Shown here: positions 10,337 to 19,438 of the stretch, in pieces
How positions within the stretch are numbered: the stretch's first letter is position 1
Layout: every line of letters begins with the position of its first letter
NCBI GenBank assembly: GCA_008501635.1
Contig: QQUJ01000004.1
Location: 3,085 to 67,084 of the forward strand
Direction: 5' to 3'
Length of the DNA stretch: 64,000 bases
From: Pseudomonadota bacterium
GTDB taxonomy: Bacteria; Pseudomonadota; Gammaproteobacteria; QQUJ01
Position numbers and translations under genes: made by a program
Notes under the pieces: generated by a model
The model's database searches: none
Seen by the model: only the letters and a program-made list of their open reading frames with translations
What the model was told of the DNA's origin: nothing

Positions 10337-10954
10337 CTATTCCTCAAACAACTTTCCTTCAACCACTACAATGGGAAAGACAACAGAACAGATATTCGGA
10401 CTTCGACGAAGCATCCCTATCTCTTTTTTCTCCGCCTCTTTCCTTTCATCAAGCTCGGCTACAGCAGCCAATGCAGCTTTTGAAACAGAAGTAACAGCGG
10501 AATAACATACATCTTTACCTGATGTTAAGGCCTGAGTTACACCATAAGCAGGCCTTTTAGGTATTGAGAATATCGGCAGGCGTTGAATATCAGCGTTTTT
10601 ACATGCTTCGTGAAGAAAGTGCCTTCCTAGACTATTTGCTGCTCGTTGTGCCACGCGAGCTGGATCAGCCAATCGTTTTTTATCAGATGTAAAAAGCAAC
10701 CACGGCTTATCAGTTGAACGCTTACATTCAATAAGAAGAGAAATTCGAAACAATACGTTTTCTACTTTTTTCTGCTTATATGCGACAATATCCAGCTCAC
10801 GCGAATCACCTGTTTCAGGATCTGAATAATACTCCGATTGAACAACGCGAAAACCACTTTGTTGTAAGGTAGACGCTACACGCATTTCCAAGGGGTAACC
10901 TTGCTCATCAAGCCACTTTGCTATCTTTGTTTTTAAGTCGTCTTTTTCGGTCAT
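10337..10954 (-). CDS. Mrr-cat-like PD-(D/E)xK restriction-endonuclease-fold protein
   Basis: 205 aa in a low-GC region. Motif E...D-I-V-A-Y-K ... L-I-E-C-K-R-S matches the D-x(n)-(E/Q)-C-K nuclease core of Mrr-type endonucleases. Last gene of the low-GC cassette. Confidence 0.55.
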   Translation of the reverse strand: MTEKDDLKTKIAKWLDEQGYPLEMRVASTLQQSGFRVVQSEYYSDPETGDSRELDIVAYKQKKVENVLFRISLLIECKRSTDKPWLLFTSDKKRLADPARVAQRAANSLGRHFLHEACKNADIQRLPIFSIPKRPAYGVTQALTSGKDVCYSAVTSVSKAALAAVAELDERKEAEKKEIGMLRRSPNICSVVFPIVVVEGKLFEE

Positions 10955-11019
10955 GCTTATAGGTTTCTAACGTTTATACTCTGCTGAGCTGCCTTTTTGG
11001 TGTCGGCTGGAGTACATCG

Positions 11020-12144
11020 TTATACGTTATTCTCATCATCACTATCGGGCTGCCAAGATAGAGGGAGGACTGATTTTCCTTCCATATCCCGGTATCTAAT
11101 TAGACTTGCTTTTTCTTTTACATCTCTTATTACTTTTGACCTTCTTTCGTATTCGGAATTTGCTTCCCCGTTTTCAGTATCCTTTTCAGGCGGTTCTGCT
11201 ATATTTCCTATGCGCGCAGAAAAATGATATCCAATATCAAGTCTTCCGGCGATTTTTTTAACACTCATACGTACATGGCCTTCAAGCTCATTACCTCTTA
11301 GGTCAGGACGTTTGACGACTTTATACTGCTCGATTAATTCGGATGTTATTTCATTTATTTTTTCAGACATTAAAGACTCAGCCCATTTGTCAATTTCATC
11401 AATTAGTTGTTTTGGTGCATCTTTTTCTTCCAGTTCTGCTTTTTTCTTCCTAATATCAAGAAGCTTCTCATAACCTAGCAGTAATATGGCAATTGTGCCT
11501 ACTATCACTTGTGCTGTTTCAGGTAATACTTCGAGAAAAACTGAAAAATCTGATGAAGAAATTGATCTTACTTTGAACTGTTCGGCTTTTCCTGTAACAA
11601 GCTCATTAAAGTGCATTAACTCTCGATTTAATTTTTGTAGATCTTTTGAAAAGTACTCGAGATCATCAGCATTCTCTCGTCTTGGAATAAGAACCCCTAA
11701 TTCCGCAGTATACCCTTTTAGCTCTTCAGCACTTATACCAAGACGTTCAAATCCTGCGACTAATTGTTCTAGGCCTCCTCTGAAAGATGCAAGCTCAGTA
11801 TGCATTTCTAGAATTTCTTTTTGTACTATGGCTGGCGTTACATCTACTTGAGTAAAACTGGCTTCTATTCTTGACTTAAGTGCGCCACCAAGAATTCCTG
11901 AGCCGCCAATTTCAGTAATTATTTGTTGTTTAGATACAGGCCTTTCATAAGATTCTATTTTTTCTAGAGCACCAATAAGGCTTAATTTATGAGCTGCTAC
12001 TTGCTCTTGAGGTTGCGGCTGGTTGGGTTGATTAATGGTATTTTGTAATGCATCAGCTAATTGATTTAGACCGCTCACAAGACTTGCAGAGTCAATTTCT
12101 TTTATGAGTTCTAAACATATTGAGTGAAGTTGCTCAGCGTTCAA
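11020..12144 (-). CDS. Hypothetical membrane-anchored coiled-coil protein
   Basis: 374 aa, about 40% GC. TTG start with RBS AAGGGAGAAGG. Long predicted coiled-coil N-terminal half, a single central TM helix (FSVFLEVLPETAQVIVGTIAILLLGY) and a charged C-terminal tail. No NTPase motifs. Confidence 0.5.
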   Translation of the reverse strand: MNAEQLHSICLELIKEIDSASLVSGLNQLADALQNTINQPNQPQPQEQVAAHKLSLIGALEKIESYERPVSKQQIITEIGGSGILGGALKSRIEASFTQVDVTPAIVQKEILEMHTELASFRGGLEQLVAGFERLGISAEELKGYTAELGVLIPRRENADDLEYFSKDLQKLNRELMHFNELVTGKAEQFKVRSISSSDFSVFLEVLPETAQVIVGTIAILLLGYEKLLDIRKKKAELEEKDAPKQLIDEIDKWAESLMSEKINEITSELIEQYKVVKRPDLRGNELEGHVRMSVKKIAGRLDIGYHFSARIGNIAEPPEKDTENGEANSEYERRSKVIRDVKEKASLIRYRDMEGKSVLPLSWQPDSDDENNV

Positions 12145-12266
12145 ATTCCTTCTCCCTTGCTATTGTTTATTCGCATAATGTTCACATAAAAGGCCGGAGC
12201 AAGCGAAGCTTGCGTAGGCCCAGCCCGCAGGGCGATTTTTGATGTGCTGGTTAGGCACTCGAACGC

Positions 12267-12731
12267 TCACTTTACGGCCGATACAGCAATAGACAGAAGA
12301 GATTCCGTACCTTGTAGCATGGCATTTTGATTCGGTAGCACTATGCCGTGGAATCCAAGTGGATACCTCAAATGGAATGGCCTGTCGTAAACCTGATGAA
12401 GGTGTACTACCCATTCTGGTTGTGGCGCGGGTAAAGGGTAGCCTCTATTCTTAGATTCCTCCCAGAGAGAGAGAATGTCGTGACCGTAAGGCGCGCGGCT
12501 GAGCGTCTCGACGTTTAAACCAGCCTCTGACAGCATAGCTTTAAGACTCGCTTCGCAGGTATGGCCGCATAGAAGGGTGATGGCAAATGGGGGCTTGGGC
12601 GAAATATCCGCTAAGGGTTTTGCGCCCAAGAACATTCCTTTTGCAGCAGTCAAATAACCCTGAGCTTCCGTAGGTTGGAATGTCCTAATGCCAGTAAGAT
12701 TGACCATAATTGTGCCCAACAGTTTCTTCAA
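12267..12731 (-). CDS. Hypothetical protein (first gene of the low-GC cassette)
   Basis: 154-aa ORF. TATAAT box about 95 bp upstream. No recognisable domain from sequence alone. Confidence 0.3.
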   Translation of the reverse strand: MKKLLGTIMVNLTGIRTFQPTEAQGYLTAAKGMFLGAKPLADISPKPPFAITLLCGHTCEASLKAMLSEAGLNVETLSRAPYGHDILSLWEESKNRGYPLPAPQPEWVVHLHQVYDRPFHLRYPLGFHGIVLPNQNAMLQGTESLLSIAVSAVK

Positions 12732-12992
12732 TCGAACACTTCAGCTATCCCCCGCGCAGTCCATTTCTGACAACGCCAAAAAAATCCGCAAGCATTCAAT
12801 TAAGATGAAACAACAGACAGAGAATTATACGGAACTGTTCCAGCTAACTCCCTGCCGCCTGTTTCTGATCTCCTGAAAACACCCCGCCGCCAACTATTTG
12901 ACAACACCCGCCTTTTCCAACCAAACGAGCTCTCGGTCGCGAAACAGGCGGAACACTTCCGTTGAACTGGGGATCGGCCCCTCCGGCCGACC

Positions 12993-13886
12993 TCAACCGC
13001 TTGCAGCCTCCTTGGCCTCGCTCGCCGCTTTGGCCTTCGCCTTCTTGTCCGGGTCGGGCAACATCCCCGGCAGGTGAATGATGTCGGTGGGGCAGACCTC
13101 GACGCAGATCTCTTTGCACTCCGGCCCGTAGTGACGGCAGGTGAAGTGATTGACGTCGATGGCGCCGTCGCGGTAGTCGATGGCCTTGGCGGGGCAGGCC
13201 TTGATGCAGAGCTGGCACTGGATGCAACCGACCATGCAACTGTCCTTGACCGCCTTGCCGCGCTCCTGGGTGAGGCAGGAGAGGATCACGCGATGCTCGC
13301 GCGGATACATGGTGAGCACGTCTTTGGGGCAGGCGGCGATGCAGAGGGTGCAGCCGGTGCACTTTTTCACATTGATCTCGACGATGCCGAGATCACTGAT
13401 GTGCATGGCGTCGAACTGGCAGACGCGCACGCAATCACCCAGCCCCAGACAACCGAACTTGCAGCTCTTGGGACCGCCGAATGAGAGCATCGCCGCCACG
13501 CAGGTGTTGATGCCGTCGTACTCGGCCTGCTGTTTCGCCCAGTTGTTGCTGCCGTAACAGCGCAGCCGTGCCACCTCGTCGCGCATCTCGCCGACCGCCT
13601 TGCCGGTGAGCTGCCCGATTTCGACCGCGACATCGGCGCCGCCCGGCGCGCACAGGATCGGCGAGACGTCGGGATTTTCCACCACCTCCTCGGCGTAGGC
13701 GTGACAGCCCGCGAATCCGCAGGCGCCGCAATTGGCGGCGGGCAGATTCTCATTGACCTCTTCGACCACCGGATTGGATGGCACATGAAAGCGGCGCGCC
13801 GCGGCTGCGAGGGCGATGCCAAAGAACAGCCCCATGGTGGTAAAGACCAGCACACCCCACAGCGCGATGGAAAGCAGATTCTCCAT
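12993..13886 (-). CDS. rnfB: Rnf complex subunit B (polyferredoxin)
   Basis: N-terminal TM helix, CGACGFAGC cluster, multiple CxxCxxCxxxCP ferredoxin motifs. Last gene of the operon. Confidence 0.85.
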   Translation of the reverse strand: MENLLSIALWGVLVFTTMGLFFGIALAAAARRFHVPSNPVVEEVNENLPAANCGACGFAGCHAYAEEVVENPDVSPILCAPGGADVAVEIGQLTGKAVGEMRDEVARLRCYGSNNWAKQQAEYDGINTCVAAMLSFGGPKSCKFGCLGLGDCVRVCQFDAMHISDLGIVEINVKKCTGCTLCIAACPKDVLTMYPREHRVILSCLTQERGKAVKDSCMVGCIQCQLCIKACPAKAIDYRDGAIDVNHFTCRHYGPECKEICVEVCPTDIIHLPGMLPDPDKKAKAKAASEAKEAASG

Positions 13887-13889
13887 GCG

Positions 13890-14753
13890 TCACATCACCT
13901 TGAGACCGGAAAAGCCAAGGAAACTCAGCGCGAACAGCCCGGCGATAATGAAAGCGATCGGCAGGCCGCGAAACAGGCGCGGCACCGGCGCCATGTCGAC
14001 CTTCTCGCGCGCGCAGCTCATGAGGAACAGCGCCAGGGCAAACCCCAGACAGGCGCCGAGCGACAAGCTCACCGCCTCGACGAACGAAGCGCCCGCCGTG
14101 GCGTTGAGCAGCGGGATGGCGAGGATGACGCAGTTGGTGGTGATCAGCATCAGATAGATACCGAATTTTTTGTGCAGCGCCGGCGCGATTTTTTTCAGCA
14201 CCAGATCCGTGCCCTGCACCAGACAGGCGACGATGCCGATGAAGGCGATGATCTGCAGAAAATCGAGCTTCAGCGGCTCCAGCGCGGAGTGGTGCAGCAG
14301 CCACGACAGCGTGCCGCTCAGCACTCCCACGACGCCGAACGTCACCCCCATGCCGATCGCCGTCTCGCGTTTGCGGCTGACGCCGAAGAAGACGCACAGA
14401 CCCAGATACTTGGTGAAGACGAAGTTGCTGATCAGCGCCGCGCCGATCACGCCGGAGACCAGCAGGGCGACCACCGAAGGCTCGATGGACCACAGCCCCT
14501 CGATCCCGGCGATGCTCATCAGATAGTGGCCGCTGCTGCTCAGCGGCTCGGCGGTGGTGACGATGAAGGTACCGGCGTCGGCGCCGGGCAGCAGGCCGGT
14601 CAGCGTGATCGGGATATCGGCATCGTTGGCCTGCACCAGGCGAATGGCATCGACGTCGGCGGGCATGACGCCCTCGACCAGCAGTTTGTAGTCGGATAAC
14701 ACTTTCGCTGTCGCCGCCATATCTCTTCCTCCTTCTACCGGGGCCACCGTCAA
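13890..14753 (-). CDS. rnfA: Rnf complex subunit A with an unusual N-terminal extension of about 80-95 aa
   Basis: The C-terminal 200 aa align with RnfA/NqrE (ISNFVFTKYLGLCVFFGVSRK...). The ORF is open upstream to 14753, only 6 bp after rnfE. A shorter start at M79 (14519) would leave a 240-bp open in-frame gap. Confidence 0.75.
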   Translation of the reverse strand: MTVAPVEGGRDMAATAKVLSDYKLLVEGVMPADVDAIRLVQANDADIPITLTGLLPGADAGTFIVTTAEPLSSSGHYLMSIAGIEGLWSIEPSVVALLVSGVIGAALISNFVFTKYLGLCVFFGVSRKRETAIGMGVTFGVVGVLSGTLSWLLHHSALEPLKLDFLQIIAFIGIVACLVQGTDLVLKKIAPALHKKFGIYLMLITTNCVILAIPLLNATAGASFVEAVSLSLGACLGFALALFLMSCAREKVDMAPVPRLFRGLPIAFIIAGLFALSFLGFSGLKVM

Positions 14754-14759
14754 CGACGG

Positions 14760-15404
14760 TCAGTGGTGGCACCCGCCTCCCACCTTCTCCTCGGGGAGTT
14801 TGTGGCCCAGTCGCAGATCCACCCAGTTGTAGAGCACCATGATCAGCCCGATGGTGAAGAAGCCGCCCGCGGGCAGTATCACCAACAGCAGCGGTTTGAA
14901 CGCCACGATCTCGAAACCGAACAGGCTGCCGCTGCCCAGCAGTTCGCGGAACGCCCCGGCGAGCACCATCGCCACCAGAAAGCCCAGGCCCATGCCGAAA
15001 CCGTCCCAGAACGACGGTACAATGTTGTGCTTCATGGAGAACAGCTCCATGCGCGAGATGATGATGGCGAAGGCGACGATCAGTTTCACGTAGAGGCCGA
15101 CCTGCTGGTAGGTCACCGGAAAGTAGGCGGCCAGCGTCATGTCCATCACCGTCACCCAGATGGCGATGATGATGGTGAAGATGGGGATGCGGATCTTGGG
15201 ATTGATGATGCCCTTGAGTGCCGAGGCGGAAACGCTGGAGAGCACCTGCACCACGAAGACCGCCACGCCGAGCATCAGGCCGTTCTTCACCGAGGTGGTG
15301 ACGGCCACTGCGGGGCAGAGACTGAGCGCCAGGCGGAAGACGGGATTCTCCTCGAAGATCCCGCGCATGATCATGGTCGAAACCGGAGGGGGTGCTTTGG
15401 TCAT
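14760..15404 (-). CDS. rnfE: Rnf complex subunit E
   Basis: 214-aa 6-TM protein of the RnfE/NqrD family (LGVAVFVVQ..., FRELLGSGSLFG). Start could alternatively be M11 at 15374. Confidence 0.8.
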   Translation of the reverse strand: MTKAPPPVSTMIMRGIFEENPVFRLALSLCPAVAVTTSVKNGLMLGVAVFVVQVLSSVSASALKGIINPKIRIPIFTIIIAIWVTVMDMTLAAYFPVTYQQVGLYVKLIVAFAIIISRMELFSMKHNIVPSFWDGFGMGLGFLVAMVLAGAFRELLGSGSLFGFEIVAFKPLLLVILPAGGFFTIGLIMVLYNWVDLRLGHKLPEEKVGGGCHH

Positions 15405-15640
15405 CCTGGAAACCTCAGTGGAACGCGCCCGAGTGTGTGGTTCTCGGGTCGGCTGGCAAGGCGCGACGACGCGGCAGGGTAGGTTCCTGCAAGGAGGAGC
15501 AACGCCGCCAGGCGGCCCGAGAACCGTGCAATCGGGTGCGTAGCGGGCTCACCCCTGCGATGAGCGGCGTCGAAGACACAAAACTCAGTGCTCATCGAAT
15601 GCCCCTGGCGCTGCTGAGCAGTCAACTGCGGTTTCCAGGA

Positions 15641-16525
15641 TCATAAATAGGCCTCCACGATGCGCATGCGCTTGCGGAAATTGCGCAGCGAACGCTTGAC
15701 GCCGTTGGTCACCGCCACGCTGCTGATGGTGGAACCGGTGATGGCGTGAATCTGCGGGTGGGCGTCGATCTCGGCGCGGTTCTCGCGCACCCAGCTGTCA
15801 AGATCCATGTCCCCCAGTTGCTCCAACCGTTTGCGCCAGTCGTTGGGCAGCGGGTCCTTGATCACCTCGATGGCGTCGATCTGCTCGAATCTGCGCCCGG
15901 CGTACTGGTTCTTGAAGTAGCGCTGGGTGATCTCGGCGCCGAGCCCGGGGTCCTCCTCGTGCTCGATCACCTCCAGCCCCTGCACGCCGAACCGGGCGTC
16001 GATGGCGAGGAAGTAGCGTATCCAGGTCTTGTAGCCCGGCGTGCTCCCCTCCACCACGTAGCCCGCCACCGCGCCGTCCTGTTCGCCGATGAAAAAACGC
16101 CCGGCGTAGTTGAAGTTCGCGTTCTCGCCCGCGCCGGCCGACTGGCGCACCCAGGCATCCTTGTGATCGGGCGACTTCTCGGCGGCCACCTCGGCGGGCA
16201 CTTCGCGGGTATCGAGCGGATTGCCCGCCTCGTCGACGCGCACCAGGGCGCGCGGCGTCAGATAGAGCACCTCCAGCGTCTGCCCTTTCCAGTGCAGATA
16301 GCGGCGCACCTCGTGGATGCGCGCCGCGGGCGTGAGCGCCAGCAGCGTCTGGATCATCGCCTGTTCGCGCGCCTGGATGTTGCGCACCTTCGCCGGTTCG
16401 GTGAGGTAGAAAAAGAAGCCCAGCACGATGGCCGCGGCGAGACAGGTCAGCGTCAGCCCGACGGCGATGCGCATCATCTCCGTCGCATTGGGCGGTGCCT
16501 GTTGTTGCTCGAGTTGCGCGCTCAT
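15641..16525 (-). CDS. rnfG: Rnf complex subunit G (FMN-binding), long form
   Basis: True start MSAQLEQQ at 16525 (ATGA overlap with the rnfD stop). N-terminal TM helix. Covalent-FMN motif ITGSTISS near the C-terminus. 294 aa vs about 200 typical. The ORF-track 598-aa version is an out-of-frame overlap with rnfD. Confidence 0.75.
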   Translation of the reverse strand: MSAQLEQQQAPPNATEMMRIAVGLTLTCLAAAIVLGFFFYLTEPAKVRNIQAREQAMIQTLLALTPAARIHEVRRYLHWKGQTLEVLYLTPRALVRVDEAGNPLDTREVPAEVAAEKSPDHKDAWVRQSAGAGENANFNYAGRFFIGEQDGAVAGYVVEGSTPGYKTWIRYFLAIDARFGVQGLEVIEHEEDPGLGAEITQRYFKNQYAGRRFEQIDAIEVIKDPLPNDWRKRLEQLGDMDLDSWVRENRAEIDAHPQIHAITGSTISSVAVTNGVKRSLRNFRKRMRIVEAYL

Positions 16526-17508
16526 GACGGCGTCCCCCGGTCCGCGACCCGCCTGGGCCGGAACCACTCTTCCAGTGCCGGCACCAGCAGATTCATCAGC
16601 AGTATCGCGTAACAGATCCCCTCCGGATACCCGCCCCAGTTGCGGATGATGCCGGTGAGCAGCCCGATGCCGAGGCCGAAGACGATCTGCCCGCGCGGCG
16701 TCGAGGGGCTGGTGACGTAGTCGGTGGCCATGAAGAAGGCCCCCAGCCAGAGACCGCCGGAGAGCATGTAGAGCAGCGGCGCATCGGAGTACGGCGCCAT
16801 CAGCGCGGCCCCGGCGAGGACACTGAGCGGGATGTAGAGCTTGATGATGCGGTGCCAGAGCAGGAACGCCGCGCCCAGCACGACGAACAGCACCGAGACC
16901 TCGCCGATGCTGCCCGACTGCAGGCCGAGGAAGAACGAGAGCCAGGGATTCATGTCGCCCGGCACGCCGGTGAGCTGCAGCGCTTCGCCGCTCTGCGTCG
17001 CCGCCTTCATCACCGCCAGCGGCGTGGCGCCGGTGAAGGCATCCACCTGCGAGGCGCCGATCAGCCCCGGCGCCAGCCAGCGCGTGGTCATCTCCACCGG
17101 GAAGGTGGCCATCATGATGGCGCGCGCGATCAGCGCGATGTTGAAGATGTTGTAGCCCAGGCCGCCGAAGACGCTCTTGGCGAGCAACACGCCGAGCAGC
17201 GCGCCGACGAAGGGCATCCACAAGGGCAGCGCGGGCGGCAGCGTGAAGGCGAGCAGAATGCCGGTGCAGACCACCGAGCCGTCGCGAATCGTCGAGGGGA
17301 TTTTGGTCAGCCTGCAGGCCAGATGCTCGGCCACCATACAGCCGAGAATCGATGAGAGCGTGATGGCGACGACCTGCCAGCCGAAGACGATCCACGCCCA
17401 GATCAGCGCCGGCATCAGCGAGATGTTCACCAGCCACATGATCTCGGCGGTGGTGCGCCCGCGCCGGATGTGCGGGCCGTAGGAGAGGTGCAGCGAATCA
17501 GTCGACAT
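16522..17508 (-). CDS. rnfD: Rnf complex subunit D
   Basis: Start MSTDSLHLSYGPHIRR at 17508. Polytopic NqrB/RnfD family with FMN-attachment region (ATDYVTSPSTP). Confidence 0.85.
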   Translation of the reverse strand: MSTDSLHLSYGPHIRRGRTTAEIMWLVNISLMPALIWAWIVFGWQVVAITLSSILGCMVAEHLACRLTKIPSTIRDGSVVCTGILLAFTLPPALPLWMPFVGALLGVLLAKSVFGGLGYNIFNIALIARAIMMATFPVEMTTRWLAPGLIGASQVDAFTGATPLAVMKAATQSGEALQLTGVPGDMNPWLSFFLGLQSGSIGEVSVLFVVLGAAFLLWHRIIKLYIPLSVLAGAALMAPYSDAPLLYMLSGGLWLGAFFMATDYVTSPSTPRGQIVFGLGIGLLTGIIRNWGGYPEGICYAILLMNLLVPALEEWFRPRRVADRGTPS

Positions 17509-17655
17509 GTGCCGCCATACCCTTGATCTGATAAAGGCGCTCAACGCCAAGACGCGAAGACGCAAAGAACGCGGAGAAAGATTTTTTACATAAAAAACCT
17601 TTGCACACCTGGCGTCTTGGCGCCTTGGCGTTGAACGCATTCAATACAGCCATGT

Positions 17656-19020
17656 TCATTGCCGGCTCCGGGCCTGGTTTCGATACGCGGTTTTGGCCAC
17701 CTGCATGAACTGCACCAGCGGCCGGTTCGAGGGGCAGACATAGGAGCAGCAGCCGCATTCGAAGCAGTCCAGCACGCCGTAGACCTCGGTCTCCAGCGGC
17801 CGCCCCCACTCCACGTACTGCGACACCTTGTTGGGTTCCAGACCCAGGGGGCAGACGTCGAGGCATTCGCCGCAACCGATGCAGGCGCCGTAGCGGTCGA
17901 GGTTGGTTTCGCTGCGGGTCAGAAACAGCAGGCCGCTGGTGCCCTTGACCACCGGCACATTGAGATCGGCCAGGGCACGGCCCATCATCGGACCGCCCGC
18001 CAGCACCTTCACCACCTCGCCGTTAAAGCCCCCGCAGTGTTCGAGCAGCGCCGCGATCGACGTGCCGATGGGCACGCGCAGATTCTTGGGTTGGGCGATA
18101 CCGAGACCGGAGACCGTCACCACGCGGTCGATCACCGGCTTGTCGTTGCGGATCGCCTCGAGACAGGCGTACGCGGTCGCGACGTTCTGCACCACGATAC
18201 CGACCTGCAGCGGCAGGCCGCGACGCGGCACCACCCGGCCGGTGAGCGCCTCGATCAGCTGGCGCTCGGCGCCCTGCGGGTACTTGGTCTCGGTGAGCAC
18301 CACCTCCATGGCGACCGGGAACGGCAGGCTCTCGATGCCGAGGCGCTCGATCGCCGCGCGCAGCGCCTCGACCGCGGGTTGCTTGTTGTCCTCGACCCCG
18401 ATCAGGCAGCGATTGACACCGATCATCCTGGCGATGGTCCAGGCGCCGAGCACCACTTTCTCGGCATCCTCCAGCATCAGCCGGTAATCGCAGGTGAGGT
18501 AGGGCTCGCACTCGGAACCGTTGATCAGCAGGGTGTCGATTTTGGCATCGGGCGGCAGTGTCAGCTTGCGGTAGGTGGGAAAGGCCGCGCCGCCGAGGCC
18601 GACCAGTCCGCCGTGTTTGATCTTCTCCAGCATCACCTCGCGCGACAGTTCCATCCAGCCCGGCTGTTCGGGGAATTCGGGCTCGTCGTCGGTGGGCTTG
18701 GCGAGGATGGTGATTGCGGTGTCGTGCACCAGCACCGGATGCGGTTCGCGCTGGACGTTTTTGACGATGCCGGAGATCGGGGCGTGAATGCGCAGCCCAT
18801 CCGGGGCTTCGGCGATCACGTCGCCGCGTTTGACCAGATCCTTTTTTTCGACCAGCGGTTTGGCGGCCGGGCCGAGGCTCTGACTGACGGGGACGGTGAC
18901 ACTGCTGGGAACAAACGACTCGATGGCGCAGGTGGCGGTGAGCTCTTTGTGCTCGGCGGGATGAATCCCGCCGCGCGCAAAGGTGCGCTCGCCGGGCTTG
19001 AGCCACAACAGAACGCTCAT
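17656..19020 (-). CDS. rnfC: Rnf complex subunit C (NADH-binding, 2x[4Fe-4S])
   Basis: Start MSVLLWLKPGERTFARGGIHP at 19020. GGAAFP and GSECEPY motifs. C-terminal CIGCGECLDVCP and CFECGCCSYVCP clusters. Short form without C-terminal extension. Confidence 0.85.
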   Translation of the reverse strand: MSVLLWLKPGERTFARGGIHPAEHKELTATCAIESFVPSSVTVPVSQSLGPAAKPLVEKKDLVKRGDVIAEAPDGLRIHAPISGIVKNVQREPHPVLVHDTAITILAKPTDDEPEFPEQPGWMELSREVMLEKIKHGGLVGLGGAAFPTYRKLTLPPDAKIDTLLINGSECEPYLTCDYRLMLEDAEKVVLGAWTIARMIGVNRCLIGVEDNKQPAVEALRAAIERLGIESLPFPVAMEVVLTETKYPQGAERQLIEALTGRVVPRRGLPLQVGIVVQNVATAYACLEAIRNDKPVIDRVVTVSGLGIAQPKNLRVPIGTSIAALLEHCGGFNGEVVKVLAGGPMMGRALADLNVPVVKGTSGLLFLTRSETNLDRYGACIGCGECLDVCPLGLEPNKVSQYVEWGRPLETEVYGVLDCFECGCCSYVCPSNRPLVQFMQVAKTAYRNQARSRQ

Positions 19021-19438
19021 GACCTGCCCCGTTGCAGCACACGAGGTGATACCCCGAGCATCCGCACCCTTCTGTCCAGGGGGCAGGCGCTTGCGGCGCA
19101 TGCATAGCGAAGCGTGTCTGAGGAGTCAGAAACGTCGGGTGATCTGCCGGTAATCCACCTACGGTGAACGACAACCCAGAATCGGCTACCCATCCGTACA
19201 GCAGCTCCTAATCCGTCGATCAGCTTTGTTGTTATGTGATTGGTGGTGCGCCATCGTACCGCAACGCGAATCACAGTCTGCACCCGCGATAGGCTTTGAT
19301 CAAGTGTGGGTATTAAAACGCAATTCATTCTCATCGTGAGGGTGCAAAGCACTTTTGTCCGCCGCTGCTTCATTCAATCGAGTTCGGATTGGAATCGCAC
19401 ACAGCACACGATCGATGATCTCGCCGCCCCGGTACGAG

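Noticed and set aside
15641-17437. 598-aa ORF-track call for rnfG
   Set aside because: The first about 300 codons overlap rnfD out of frame and translate to low-complexity Arg/Ala/His sequence. A membrane anchor and FMN domain start at MSAQ (16525), with ATGA overlap to rnfD.
19102-19438. Possible riboswitch or sigma-54 promoter in the 420-nt rnfC leader
   Set aside because: No GG-N10-GC match with proper spacing and no recognisable riboswitch consensus by eye. Left as an unexplained long leader.
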